Below, piece by piece: positions 11,116 to 21,179 of a stretch of DNA of 64,000 nucleotides. The stretch lies in the NCBI GenBank assembly GCA_963844035.1, contig CAWJMT010000035.1, forward strand, positions 160,001 through 224,000, written 5' to 3'. Position numbers and translations under genes: made by a program. Origin of the DNA: an uncultured Gemmatimonadales bacterium. GTDB lineage: Bacteria; Gemmatimonadota; Gemmatimonadetes; Gemmatimonadales; GWC2-71-9. Numbering within the stretch: the stretch's first letter is position 1; every line of letters starts with the position of its first letter. The notes under the pieces were generated by a model. It saw nothing but the letters and a program-made list of their open reading frames with translations. It made no database searches and had not been told where the DNA came from.

Positions 11116-12654
11116 GTGCTCGCCCGGGTCCGTTCCGCCGCCGTCCTCGGCATCGACGCCTATCTCGTTGACGTCGAGACCGACATCGCCAACGGTCTCC
11201 CCACCTTCGCAACGGTCGGGCTGCCGCAGGGGGCCGTGAAGGAAGGCCGCGAGCGCGTCTACGCGGCCGTCGCGAACACCGGCTACACCTTTCCCCTCAA
11301 GCGCATCACCGTCAATCTCGCCCCCGCCGACATTCGCAAAGACGGCTCGGCGTTCGATCTCCCGATCGCCGTCGGTATCCTGGCCGCAACCGAACAGATC
11401 TCGAGCGAGCGGTTGGGTCGCGTCGCGGTCCTGGGCGAGCTGGGCCTCGAGGGTGCGATCCGGCCGGTGCGTGGTGCGCTGCCCGTTGCGCTCGCCGCCA
11501 GAGCCGCCGGGCTCGAGGTCTTGGTTCTGCCGCGCGAGAACATGGCGGAGGCAGGGGTCGTGTCGGGCGTGCAGGTGCTCGGGGCGGGGAATTTGGCGGA
11601 GCTCGCGGACTACCTCGACGGGCGCCGGGAGCTCGAGGTCGCGCGGGTGGACGTGGCCCGCCTGTTTGCCGAGCGACAGCACGACGATGTGGACTTCGCC
11701 GAGGTGAAGGGGCAGGCCCACGCGAAACGCGCACTCGAGGTCGCCGCGGCCGGCGGGCACAACATCCTCATGATCGGTCCGCCGGGCTCAGGCAAAACCA
11801 TGTTGGCGCGCCGGCTGCCCACCGTGCTGCCGAAAATGAGCCTCGACGAGGCCCTCGAGACCACCAAGATCCACTCGGTCGCAGGGATCTTGCCGCTCGG
11901 CGAGTCGCTCGTGGCGCGGCGGCCGTTTCGCGCCCCGCATCACACCATCTCCGACGCCGGATTGATCGGCGGCGGCTCCTACCCGCGCCCGGGCGAAGTG
12001 AGCCTGGCGCACGGTGGCGTGTTGTTCTTGGACGAGCTCCCCGAGTTCCGAAAGAATGTGCTCGAGGTGCTGCGTCAACCGATGGAGGATGGTGTCGTGA
12101 CCATCGCCCGGGCGGCGATGAGCCTGTCGTATCCCGCGCGATTCATGCTGGCCGCCGCCATGAACCCCTGTCCCTGCGGCTACCACGGCGACCCGCAGCA
12201 CACCTGCACCTGCGGCTCGCTGGGGGTGGAGCGCTACCTGGCACGGGTGTCGGGGCCGCTGCTCGATCGGATCGACATTCATCTCGAGGTCCCGGCGGTG
12301 AAGTACCGGGCGCTCGCGGAGCAGGGTGGGGGAGAACCGAGTGCAGCGGTGCGGGAGCGGGTCGATCGGGCGCGGGCGGTACAGCGCGAGCGCTTCGCTT
12401 CACGCCCGGGGGTTTACGCGAACGCCCACATGGCCCCGCGTGACATCCGGGCGTTCTGCCGGGTGTCGGATGGTGCGGAAGCGCTGCTTCGCACCGCCAT
12501 CACCCGGCTTGGCCTCTCAGCTCGCGCCTACCACCGGATCCTCAAGATCGCCCGCACCATCGCCGATCTGGATGGGGCGATCGATCTCGCGCCCAAACAC
12601 GTGAGCGAGGCGATTCAGTACCGCAGTCTCGACCGGCGCGGGCTGGTGCCCTGA
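11116..12654 (+). CDS. comM: YifB/ComM Mg-chelatase-like AAA+ ATPase
   Basis: VNLAPADIRKDGSAFDLPIA, GPPGSGKT, FLDELPEF, MNPCPCG, SGPLLDRID. Confidence 0.95.
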   Translation: MLARVRSAAVLGIDAYLVDVETDIANGLPTFATVGLPQGAVKEGRERVYAAVANTGYTFPLKRITVNLAPADIRKDGSAFDLPIAVGILAATEQISSERLGRVAVLGELGLEGAIRPVRGALPVALAARAAGLEVLVLPRENMAEAGVVSGVQVLGAGNLAELADYLDGRRELEVARVDVARLFAERQHDDVDFAEVKGQAHAKRALEVAAAGGHNILMIGPPGSGKTMLARRLPTVLPKMSLDEALETTKIHSVAGILPLGESLVARRPFRAPHHTISDAGLIGGGSYPRPGEVSLAHGGVLFLDELPEFRKNVLEVLRQPMEDGVVTIARAAMSLSYPARFMLAAAMNPCPCGYHGDPQHTCTCGSLGVERYLARVSGPLLDRIDIHLEVPAVKYRALAEQGGGEPSAAVRERVDRARAVQRERFASRPGVYANAHMAPRDIRAFCRVSDGAEALLRTAITRLGLSARAYHRILKIARTIADLDGAIDLAPKHVSEAIQYRSLDRRGLVP

Positions 12655-12667
12655 CGCCGGATCTACC

Positions 12668-13071
12668 TCAAACGCACTCGGGATAGTCCGGATGCTTGTC
12701 GCACGTGTCGCTCTGCCCCTTCCCGCTCTGCCGCTCCCCGCCAGCGCATACACCATTCCGGCGAAGCCCACGGTGATCGCGCCGACCAGCAGCGCGGTCT
12801 TGGTGGTCGCCGGCTTTTCCACCCGCACTTCCTTGAGCTGCGCGGAGGGCATCTCCTCATAGACACCCTTCACGTACCCGACCAGGGTGTCCCCAACCAC
12901 CTGCGGGCCGGAAACGATTACCACCGATTGATCGCTCTCGGTGACCCACGCTTGCTTGGGCTGTATGGCTTTTAGCTCGTCCATGGAAACAGGCTTGATG
13001 GTATGGCAGGCCGCACTCGAAAGCACAGCGAGGAGCACTGCACCGCCCGTCGTCCAACGCATAGTGTGCAT
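12668..13071 (-). CDS. Hypothetical lipoprotein with C-terminal TM segment (frameshift near 12722)
   Basis: LLAVLSSAA-C lipobox; shifted tail GQSDTCDKHPDYPECV*. Confidence 0.6.
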
Positions 13072-13266
13072 AGTGTCAGGGTACTCCGTGTTCGTGGTGG
13101 CGTGTCGCGTTTGCTGCGCCCTCGTCCAACACCACGCCCCACGCCGTGTTCCTCACAAACCGACGGCTTCCGTTCGTTCTGGAACGTCGGGCGGGTGAAG
13201 GCGACACTCGCGCAGCGACCTTGGTGCTGGCCCCGTTCCGGTGTGTTACGTAGCTTGGTGGCGCCA

Positions 13267-14247
13267 ATGACCCCCGGATCCATGACCGACTGGCTCCAAG
13301 CACACGGTTTGAGCCCCGAGCTCGAAAGCAAGCTGCTGTTCACGGCGATCACTATCGCCGTGCTGTGGGCGCTGCACCGCATCGTTCTCGGCCTCGCCTA
13401 CCGCGGCGTCACGGACCCCTGGGCTCGCTACCGCTGGCGCAAGGTGGTCACCTATATCGCGCTCACGGTCGGCGCGCTGATGATCGGTCGCACCTGGATC
13501 CCCGGGATTCAAACGCTGGCGACCTTTCTCGGCCTCCTGACCGCCGGCATCGCGATCGCCCTCAAGGACCCAATCGCCAACCTCGCAGCCTGGGCGTTCA
13601 TCGTCTGGGATCGGCCCTTCGAAGTGGGCGATCGCATCCAGATCGGCGCCAACTCGGGCGACGTCATCGATCTCCGCTTCATGCAGTTCACCCTCAACGA
13701 AATCGGCAACTGGGTGAACGCCGACCAGTCCACCGGGCGGATCATTCACGTGCCCAACGGCCGCGTGTTCACCGACCCGCTCGCCAATTACGACAAGGGG
13801 TTCAAGTACATCTGGAATGAAGTGCCGGTGCTGATCACATTCGCGAGCGACTGGAAGAAAGCAAAAGAGATCCTGGCCGCAATCGCCGTGCGGCACGCGG
13901 AGCACCTCACGGAGCAAGCCGAGGAAGAGCTGCTCTCGGCATCGCGGCAATACCTGATCAACTACCGGAAGTTGACGCCGATCGTCTATACCAAGGTTGT
14001 CGACAGCGGCGTGCAACTCACGATGCGGTATCTGATCGAGCCCCGGAAACGGCGCGGCACCGAGCACGCGATTTGGGAGGCGATCCTCACGGAGTTTGCG
14101 AACTGCCCCGAGGTGGACCTCGCGTACCACACGGTCCGTGGGTTCAAGACGCTGGACGAAGGCCGGACCCTGCCGCTCCCGTCCAAGGGCGAGCGCCGGA
14201 CCCGTCCGGGGAAAGATCGCGATCCAATCATTCCATCGGACGACTGA
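13267..14247 (+). CDS. mscS: Small-conductance mechanosensitive channel
   Basis: Three TM segments, RPFEVGDRIQIG, IIHVPNGRVF. Confidence 0.9.
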   Translation: MTPGSMTDWLQAHGLSPELESKLLFTAITIAVLWALHRIVLGLAYRGVTDPWARYRWRKVVTYIALTVGALMIGRTWIPGIQTLATFLGLLTAGIAIALKDPIANLAAWAFIVWDRPFEVGDRIQIGANSGDVIDLRFMQFTLNEIGNWVNADQSTGRIIHVPNGRVFTDPLANYDKGFKYIWNEVPVLITFASDWKKAKEILAAIAVRHAEHLTEQAEEELLSASRQYLINYRKLTPIVYTKVVDSGVQLTMRYLIEPRKRRGTEHAIWEAILTEFANCPEVDLAYHTVRGFKTLDEGRTLPLPSKGERRTRPGKDRDPIIPSDD

Positions 14248-14275
14248 GCGGGCAGGCCCGCGGGCGTCGCGGCGC

Positions 14276-15215
14276 CTAGGACGTGGGGTCGGGCTCCGCT
14301 TGAGGCGCCGGGCGCGCCGCCAGCGGCGCCAGGCGGTGCGAGAGCTGAATCCACGTCACGGCGCCGAAGATCAGCACCATCGCGAGTATCGTGCGGGGTG
14401 TGATCGGCTCGCGCAGCAACAGCCACCCGAGCAGCACCGCGATCACCGGGTTCACATAGGCGTAGGTGCCGACGATCGTGGCCGACGCATGCCGCAGCGC
14501 GTAGGTGTACGCCGTGTAGCCGAGGATCGATCCGAACACGATCAGATACGCCACGGCCTCCGCGCCCCGCAGCGTCAGGTGGAAGCGGCTCCACTCCCCG
14601 AGCAGCGGAACCCACCAGCGTTGTCGCCACGCCGCCGGCGATCATCTGGATCCCCGCGCCCACATACGGACTCGTCTCGGTCGGGTGGCGCTTGCCGTAC
14701 ACGGAGCCGAGCGACCACCAGGCGCTCGCGGCGGTGAGCGCCAGCGGCCCGCGCAAGTCGGCGTGCAGTATCTCCCTGGGGCTCGCTCCCACGAGCAGCG
14801 CGGTGCCCACGAACCCGATCACCAGGCCCGTCACCACCCGCCAGTTCAAGTCTCCCGACCCGCCGGGAATGATCGCGTCGAAGAACGCCATCCACAGCGC
14901 TACGGTGACGACGAAGATGCTCGCGATTCCCGACGTCGTGTATTGCTCGGCCCACACGACGAACGCGTTGCCGCCCATGAGCAGGAACACGCCGACGATC
15001 GCCTGGGTGCGCCAGTCCGTCAGGCGGCGCGGCAGACGATCGCCGAACGCCAGCGCTCCACCGAGCAGCAGCAGGCCGGCGGCGCAGAACCGCAGGCCGG
15101 CGAACAGGAACGGGGGCAGCTCGGTGACGCCAATCTTGATCGCCAGGTAGGTCGAGCCCCAGAACACGCAGACAATCAGGTACGCGATCAGCGCTCGCCC
15201 GCGAAGCGCGGCCAT
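14276..15215 (-). CDS. EamA/DMT transporter (frameshift near 14605)
   Basis: VFWGSTYLAIK, PPFLFAGLRF, YAYVNPVIAVLLG; GAGGAG RBS. Confidence 0.9.
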
Positions 15216-15400
15216 GTCAGTTCGGCTCCTCGATTGGATTTAGCCGCAGCCGTCATCACCATCCGGCTGCTCCGGCCCTCAAGTATCCCGCAGTAGGTAA
15301 CGAGGGGACGCTCGTTTCGTAACGGGTCGGAACATCGCCGGGTTTCCGGCTCGCGAACACCGTCCTTTCATTGGGACACTCCTTCTCATTACTATTGCGC

Positions 15401-16225
15401 ATGCCCAGTGCCTCGGCTCCACACCGGCTGTCGGCCCTGCGCGGCTTGGTGCGCACCTTTTCATCGACCCTGCTGGGGTATTCGGGTGGGGTGGACTCCG
15501 CGTGCCTCGCTGTGATCCTCCGCCAGGAGCTGGGGCGCGAGCGGATGCTTGCCGTCATTGGCCGCAGCGCCTCCTATCCGCAGGCGCAGTGGGAAACGGC
15601 GCGAGCGGTGGCCGCACAATTCGACATCCCCCTCCTCGAGGTCGATACCCACGAGGTCGAGGATCCCGCCTACGCCGCCAACCCCACGAACCGCTGCTTC
15701 TATTGTAAGCGCGAGCTGTGGGGGCGTTTGACGGAAGAGGCCACCGCGCGTGGCTTTGCGAGTGTTTGCGATGGGACCATCGCTGACGACCTGCAGGAGC
15801 ATCGTCCGGGCCGCGCCGCCGGTGTCCAGGCGGGTGTGCGGTCGCCGCTCGCCGAGGTGGGAATGACCAAGGACGACGTCCGCGCCACCGCCCAGGCGCT
15901 GGGGCTTCCAATCTGGGACGCGCCGGCCGCACCCTGCCTGTCGAGCCGGGTGGCCTTCGGCCTCACGATCACCCCCTCCCGGCTCCGTCAGGTCGAGATG
16001 GCGGAGGCGTACCTCCGGTCGCTGGGGGTCACGGGCGACCTGCGCGTGCGCCACCGCGGCGATCGCGCCCGAATCGAGGCTGAGTCCGTCTGGATCCCCT
16101 GGCTGGTCGAGCGCAGCGGCATGATCACGGAGCGCCTGGTGGCACTGGGATTCCCGGCCGTCGAGATCGACCCCCGCGGCTATCGCCGCGGCAGTCTGGT
16201 TCTCGAGGCCACCGGGGAGCGGTGA
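15401..16225 (+). CDS. larE: LarE-type ATP-dependent sulfur transferase (PP-loop)
   Basis: YSGGVDS, NRCFYCK, RPGRAA, PCLSSR. Confidence 0.85.
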   Translation: MPSASAPHRLSALRGLVRTFSSTLLGYSGGVDSACLAVILRQELGRERMLAVIGRSASYPQAQWETARAVAAQFDIPLLEVDTHEVEDPAYAANPTNRCFYCKRELWGRLTEEATARGFASVCDGTIADDLQEHRPGRAAGVQAGVRSPLAEVGMTKDDVRATAQALGLPIWDAPAAPCLSSRVAFGLTITPSRLRQVEMAEAYLRSLGVTGDLRVRHRGDRARIEAESVWIPWLVERSGMITERLVALGFPAVEIDPRGYRRGSLVLEATGER

Positions 16226-16779
16226 GGCTGTTTGTCGCGCTCAACCTTCCTGATCGGGTTCGCCAGGCGCTGTGGGCGGCGGCCGCGCCCGTGCGGGAGT
16301 TGGGCCTGGCGGTCAAGTGGGTGCGTCCGGAGGGAATTCATCTGACGCTCAAGTTTCTCGGCGCGGTCCCCGAGAGCCGTGAGCCGGACCTGCGCGCGGC
16401 GCTGGAGCGGGCCGCCGCGGGCGGCCGCGCCCTGACGGTCGCGGTCAGTGGATTCGGAGCGTTCCCTGGGCTCGATCGCCCGCGCGTCATCTGGGCCGGC
16501 CTGGAAGCGGACCCCGAGCTCCTCGGGTTGCAGCACCGGGTGGAGGAGCAGTTCGTGCCGCTGGGCTTTCCGCGGGAGGATCGGCCATTCCGGCCGCACC
16601 TGACGTTGGGCCGCGCAGCGCGGGATGCCCGGCCTGAGCGCTGTGAGGGGCTTGAGGAAACGCTGCGCGAATTGCAAGTGCAGGAATCCGCGCCCGTTGG
16701 ATCCGTTGATCTGATGCAGAGCGTGCTCCAGGCCGGCGGCGCGGTCTACCAGATCCGCCACAGCGCACGGTTGTCCTAG
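16222..16779 (+). CDS. thpR: RNA 2',3'-cyclic phosphodiesterase
   Basis: MRLFVA, HLTLKFLG, RPRVIWAG, PHLTLGR. Confidence 0.92.
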   Translation: MRLFVALNLPDRVRQALWAAAAPVRELGLAVKWVRPEGIHLTLKFLGAVPESREPDLRAALERAAAGGRALTVAVSGFGAFPGLDRPRVIWAGLEADPELLGLQHRVEEQFVPLGFPREDRPFRPHLTLGRAARDARPERCEGLEETLRELQVQESAPVGSVDLMQSVLQAGGAVYQIRHSARLS

Positions 16780-16781
16780 GG

Positions 16782-17429
16782 ATGCTCAAGCTCGGGTGCC
16801 TGGTACTTGTGATCGCGGGGGGGAGCGCGGTCTGGGCCTATCGCGCTCCGATTGTCCGCACTGCCTCGGAGTGGTTTGGACCCCACCGCACGCCACTCCC
16901 GGCCGTGACCGATTCGTCGGTCGGCGCGCCGACGCCGCAAGCGCTCGCGCGCACCCAGAAGAAGGTCGACCGGCTCAAGGCGCCGAACCCACCGGATTCT
17001 GTCGTGCTCTCCGCCAACGAGATCGCTTCGATGGTGGGCAGCGGCATCGACTGGTCGGTCCGGAAGAGCTTCGATTCGCTGCGCGTGGAGTTGTTCGAGG
17101 GTTCGCTCGCCGTGCACTGCCGCCTCGACACGAAGGTGATCCCGCCCGACGTGCTGGGACCGCTCGCGAGCCTGCTGAATCCCATGGAGCCGCTGCGGAT
17201 CGCGGGCCCGCTGCGCATCGAGAAGCCCGGGGTGGCCCGCTGGACGATACAGGAGCTGAGCCTGCGGGGCATGGCCTTTCCCAGTGTCATGGTGACCCAG
17301 TTGGCGCGCCGCATGGCGGGTGCCGACGTCGACGGCGCGGTGCCGTTGCGCGTGTCCCCCGATTTCAAGGACGTCGCGATTCACCCGACCGGCGTCGTGC
17401 TCTACCGCACCCGCCGGGCGCGCCGATGA
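16782..17429 (+). CDS. Hypothetical membrane-anchored protein
   Basis: N-terminal TM segment; tight operon spacing. Confidence 0.7.
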   Translation: MLKLGCLVLVIAGGSAVWAYRAPIVRTASEWFGPHRTPLPAVTDSSVGAPTPQALARTQKKVDRLKAPNPPDSVVLSANEIASMVGSGIDWSVRKSFDSLRVELFEGSLAVHCRLDTKVIPPDVLGPLASLLNPMEPLRIAGPLRIEKPGVARWTIQELSLRGMAFPSVMVTQLARRMAGADVDGAVPLRVSPDFKDVAIHPTGVVLYRTRRARR

Positions 17430-18811
17430 AGCACCGCGTTCTGGTCGTCGACGACGAAAAGGGTATCCGCGAGGCGTTGCGCCAGCTCCTCGAGTACGAG
17501 GAGATCGAGGTTCGGACGTGTGCGTCGGGCGCCGAAGCGGTGCAGGTCTATCCCGAATTCCGGCCCCATCTGGTCTTTCTCGACGTGAAAATGCAGGGCC
17601 GGGATGGCCTCGCGACCATCCGCGACCTGCGCGCGCTCGACCCCCAGGCGCAGGTAGTGATGATCTCGGGTCACGGGACCATCCAGACCGCCGTGGAAGC
17701 GACGCAGCTCGGGGCTTACGACTTCCTCGAGAAGCCCCTCGACACCGACCGCGTGCTCCTGACCCTGCGGAACGCGCTGCAACACGTCGATCTCGCCAGC
17801 GAGAACGTCCGCCTGCGCGACGAAGTACGTACGCAGCATGAGATCGTTGGTTCGAGCAAGGCGGTGGAGCAGGTGATCGAGCGGCTGGAAAAAGTCGCGC
17901 CCACCGCGGCCCGCGTGCTCATCACCGGGGAAAACGGCACGGGAAAGGAGTTGGTGGCGCGTGCTATCCACGCGCTGTCGCCCCGCGCCGGGCGGGCGTT
18001 CGTGGAGGTGAACTGCGCGGCGATTCCGGGCGAGCTGATCGAAAGCGAGCTCTTCGGACATGTGAAGGGCAGCTTCACCGGGGCATTCGCGGATCGCGCC
18101 GGCAAGTTCGAGATGGCCGAGGGCGGCACGCTGTTCCTGGACGAGATCGGCGACATGAGTCTCGCCGCGCAGGCCAAGGTGCTGCGCGTGCTGGAGGACG
18201 GCGTTGTCTCGCGCGTGGGATCGGAAGAAGGGATCGCGGTGGACGTGCGCGTGATCGCCGCCACCAACAAGGATCTCGTCGCGGAGATCGCGGCCGGCCG
18301 GTTCCGGGAGGACCTGTTGTACCGTCTCAACGTGGTCCCGATCGAGGTCCCGCCGCTGCGCGCCCGGCGCGGCGACATTCCCCAGCTGATCGAGCACTTC
18401 ACCCGCCAGCTCACCAAGCCCGCGGGACTGCAGCCCAAGTCGTTCGACCCGGAAGCCTTGACCAGGCTCGCGGCGCACGACTGGCCGGGGAATATCCGCG
18501 AGCTCCGGAACGCGGTCGAGCGGCTGCTGATCCTCGCGCCCGGCCCGAGTGTTACGGTGGCCGATGTGCAGCGCCTGGCCGGCGTCGAGGCGCGGGACTT
18601 GGGCGTGGGAGTTGGGCCCGGAGCGGGGGCCCCGTGGATGCGTGCCACGACGTTCGAAGAGTTCAAACAGGCGGCCGAGCGTGCGTTCCTGCACGGCAAG
18701 CTGCGAGAACACGACTGGAACGTGTCGGAGACGGCACGCACGCTGGACATGCCGCGCAGCAACCTGTACAAGAAGATCGAGCGCTATCAGCTCACCCGTG
18801 AGGCGCCGTGA
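17426..18811 (+). CDS. Sigma-54-dependent response regulator (NtrC/NtrX family)
   Basis: REC domain (VVDDE, FLDVKM), GENGTGKE, GSFTGA, WPGNIRELRN, Fis-type HTH. Confidence 0.93.
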   Translation: MKHRVLVVDDEKGIREALRQLLEYEEIEVRTCASGAEAVQVYPEFRPHLVFLDVKMQGRDGLATIRDLRALDPQAQVVMISGHGTIQTAVEATQLGAYDFLEKPLDTDRVLLTLRNALQHVDLASENVRLRDEVRTQHEIVGSSKAVEQVIERLEKVAPTAARVLITGENGTGKELVARAIHALSPRAGRAFVEVNCAAIPGELIESELFGHVKGSFTGAFADRAGKFEMAEGGTLFLDEIGDMSLAAQAKVLRVLEDGVVSRVGSEEGIAVDVRVIAATNKDLVAEIAAGRFREDLLYRLNVVPIEVPPLRARRGDIPQLIEHFTRQLTKPAGLQPKSFDPEALTRLAAHDWPGNIRELRNAVERLLILAPGPSVTVADVQRLAGVEARDLGVGVGPGAGAPWMRATTFEEFKQAAERAFLHGKLREHDWNVSETARTLDMPRSNLYKKIERYQLTREAP

Positions 18812-19317
18812 CGGACCGGGACAAACAAAAGGACCGCGATTGGGACAAGGAGATGCGGGAGGTGGATCGCCTGCTCGCCAAGCTCCCCGAGGCCGATCCC
18901 CGGCTCGTGGGTGGGCGCGCGCCCACCTTGAAGAAGCCGGTCGCGGGCGTCCACCCCACCGGCGACCCTACCGGCTCCGCGTGGCTCGGGAGCTGGGCGC
19001 GGGTCGGTCTCGGGCTGGCGATCGGTGCCGGACTTACCCAATGGCCATACTCGCACGAGTGCGGTCCGCCGCTCATTTTCTACGGCGTGGGGGTAGGCGC
19101 GGCGTTTGCCGCCGCGATCTGGAGCAGCGTCGCGTCCTGGAAGCACCGCCTGTCCGTAGCCCACGTGGTGTCGCAGCTGCTGCTCATCTGGAGTCTGGTG
19201 CTCGTCGCGCGCGAGGTGCTGCCGCGTATCGGCTACGCCCGGACACCGGGGGTATGGCTCTGTCCCGGCCCCGCGCCCGCCGCCGCCCCCGGCCTCGCCC
19301 CCAAGTCGCACAAGTGA
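18808..19317 (+). CDS. Hypothetical membrane protein
   Basis: Three hydrophobic segments; GTGA overlap with the upstream gene. Confidence 0.7.
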   Translation: MTDRDKQKDRDWDKEMREVDRLLAKLPEADPRLVGGRAPTLKKPVAGVHPTGDPTGSAWLGSWARVGLGLAIGAGLTQWPYSHECGPPLIFYGVGVGAAFAAAIWSSVASWKHRLSVAHVVSQLLLIWSLVLVAREVLPRIGYARTPGVWLCPGPAPAAAPGLAPKSHK

Positions 19318-19324
19318 TCGTGGG

Positions 19325-20815
19325 ATGACTGCGACCTTCAAGAACTTCATTGCCGGCGAGTGGGTCGAGGCGTCTTCGGCTGAGTTCTTCGAGAATCGCA
19401 ACCCCGCCGACTGGAACGACCTCGTCGGCCGCTTTCCCAAATCCGGGTCTGAAGACGTCCGACGTGCGGTCGCGTCGGCGCAGCGGGGCTTTGCGCAGTG
19501 GTCGCGCACCCCGGCTCCTGTGCGGGGTCAGGTGTTGCAGCGGGTGGGTGACCTGTTGGTCGAACGGAAGGCGGCGCTCGCGCGGGTCATGACGCGCGAG
19601 ATGGGGAAGGTGTTGCTCGAGGCGGGAGGGGACGTCCAGGAGGGGATCGACACTGCCTACTACGCGCACACCGAAGGGCGACGGCTGTTTGGCCGCACGG
19701 TCCCCTCCGAGCTGCGCAACAAGTGGGCGATGACCTACCGGCGGCCGATCGGCATCGCCGGCGTGATTACCCCGTTCAACTTCCCGCTTGCGGTGCCGAC
19801 CTGGAAAATCCTGCCCGCGCTGCTGTGCGGCAACGCCGTGATCTGGAAACCGTCCGAGGATGTGCCCCATACCGCCGCCCTGGTCGTCGAGCTGCTGCTC
19901 GAGGCGGGCCTGCCCCCGGAGGTGATCCAGCTGGTCCATGGGCTCGGCGAGGAGGCGGGGAAGGCCCTGGTCGTGCACCCGGGCGTCCCGGTGATCTCCT
20001 TTACCGGCTCGACCGCCACCGGCGCCCTGATCGGCGCGACCTGCGGACGGATGCACAAGCGCCTGTCGCTCGAGATGGGCGGCAAGAACGCCACCATCGT
20101 CATGGATGATGCCGACCTGGACCTGGCGCTCGAGGGGGTGCTGTGGGGGGCGTTTGGCACGACCGGCCAGCGCTGTACCGCCACCAGCCGGCTCATCGTT
20201 CACGAGCGCGTGCACGATCGCTTCCTCACCATGGTGTGTGACCGTGCCGCGCGCCTGCGGCTCGGTCCGGGACTGGACGAAGCGACCGAGGTCGGGCCGC
20301 TGATCCACGAGGCGTCGCGGCGCAAAGTCGCGTCCTACGTCACCCTGGCGAAGCAGGAGGGGGCGGCGGTAGTGACGGGCGGCAAGGCGCCCACCGCGGC
20401 GGCCCTCCAGGGGGGCTGGTTCTACGAACCCACCGTCCTGGCCGGGGTGACGCCGGGGATGCGGGTCGCGCAGGAGGAGATCTTCGGGCCCGTCCTGGCC
20501 GTCCTCAAGGTTGGCTCGCTCGACGAGGCGATACAGGTCAACAATGGCGTCCCGTATGGCCTTTCGAGTGCCCTCTACACGCGCGACGTCAACGCCGCGT
20601 TCAAGGCGATGCTCGAGCTCGACACCGGCATCACCTACGTCAACGCGCCGACGATCGGGGCGGAAGCCCACCTCCCGTTCGGCGGGATCAAACAGACCGG
20701 CAACGGCCATCGCGAAGGCGGTTGGGAAGTCTACGACTTCTACTCGGAAACCAAGGTCGTATACGTGGACTTTTCCGGGAAGCTGCAGCGGGCGCAGATC
20801 GACGTCGACGGCTGA
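19325..20815 (+). CDS. Aldehyde dehydrogenase
   Basis: ITPFNFP, FTGST, LEMGGKN, GQRCTA, EEIFGPV. Confidence 0.95.
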   Translation: MTATFKNFIAGEWVEASSAEFFENRNPADWNDLVGRFPKSGSEDVRRAVASAQRGFAQWSRTPAPVRGQVLQRVGDLLVERKAALARVMTREMGKVLLEAGGDVQEGIDTAYYAHTEGRRLFGRTVPSELRNKWAMTYRRPIGIAGVITPFNFPLAVPTWKILPALLCGNAVIWKPSEDVPHTAALVVELLLEAGLPPEVIQLVHGLGEEAGKALVVHPGVPVISFTGSTATGALIGATCGRMHKRLSLEMGGKNATIVMDDADLDLALEGVLWGAFGTTGQRCTATSRLIVHERVHDRFLTMVCDRAARLRLGPGLDEATEVGPLIHEASRRKVASYVTLAKQEGAAVVTGGKAPTAAALQGGWFYEPTVLAGVTPGMRVAQEEIFGPVLAVLKVGSLDEAIQVNNGVPYGLSSALYTRDVNAAFKAMLELDTGITYVNAPTIGAEAHLPFGGIKQTGNGHREGGWEVYDFYSETKVVYVDFSGKLQRAQIDVDG

Positions 20816-20884
20816 ACGTTTTCCCCCTCTCCTCCTCCCTCCCCGACAGGGGTGCGCGGATTCAATCCGCCTCGCAACAAGACG

Positions 20885-21169
20885 ATGATGGTGACGCAGG
20901 ACACCAACGCGATCGTGTGCGACGTGGATCACGAATCGTTAGTGATCATCCTCGCGAGTGGCGGGTCGCCGCTCGATGACAGCGCGCTGGCCGAGGTGCC
21001 GGGCGCCGTGGTTCGTTGGCAGCGGGTGGAGCGCGAGGGATCGGCGGCATGCGTCGCGGCGCGCGTCCTCCATGAAGACCCGCCCGAAGAATTCCGACGG
21101 CGATTTCGGGAATGGGGACGGGTCCGCGGATGGGCGGTGACCGTTGCGCGCTCACAACACCTTAGTTAG
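20885..21169 (+). CDS. Hypothetical protein
   Basis: Protein-like ORF filling the gap; no recognised motif. Confidence 0.5.
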   Translation: MMVTQDTNAIVCDVDHESLVIILASGGSPLDDSALAEVPGAVVRWQRVEREGSAACVAARVLHEDPPEEFRRRFREWGRVRGWAVTVARSQHLS

Positions 21170-21179
21170 TGTACGAGGC

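Noticed and set aside
15216..15400. Known riboswitch or 6S RNA (guanidine-II ACGA loop, yybP-like CGUCAUCAC..CCGG, 6S-like GUGUUCGC)
   Set aside because: Only fragments match: a single ACGA hairpin, no GGGGAGUAGC/AGACC, and no long closing stem. Kept only as an unassigned candidate.
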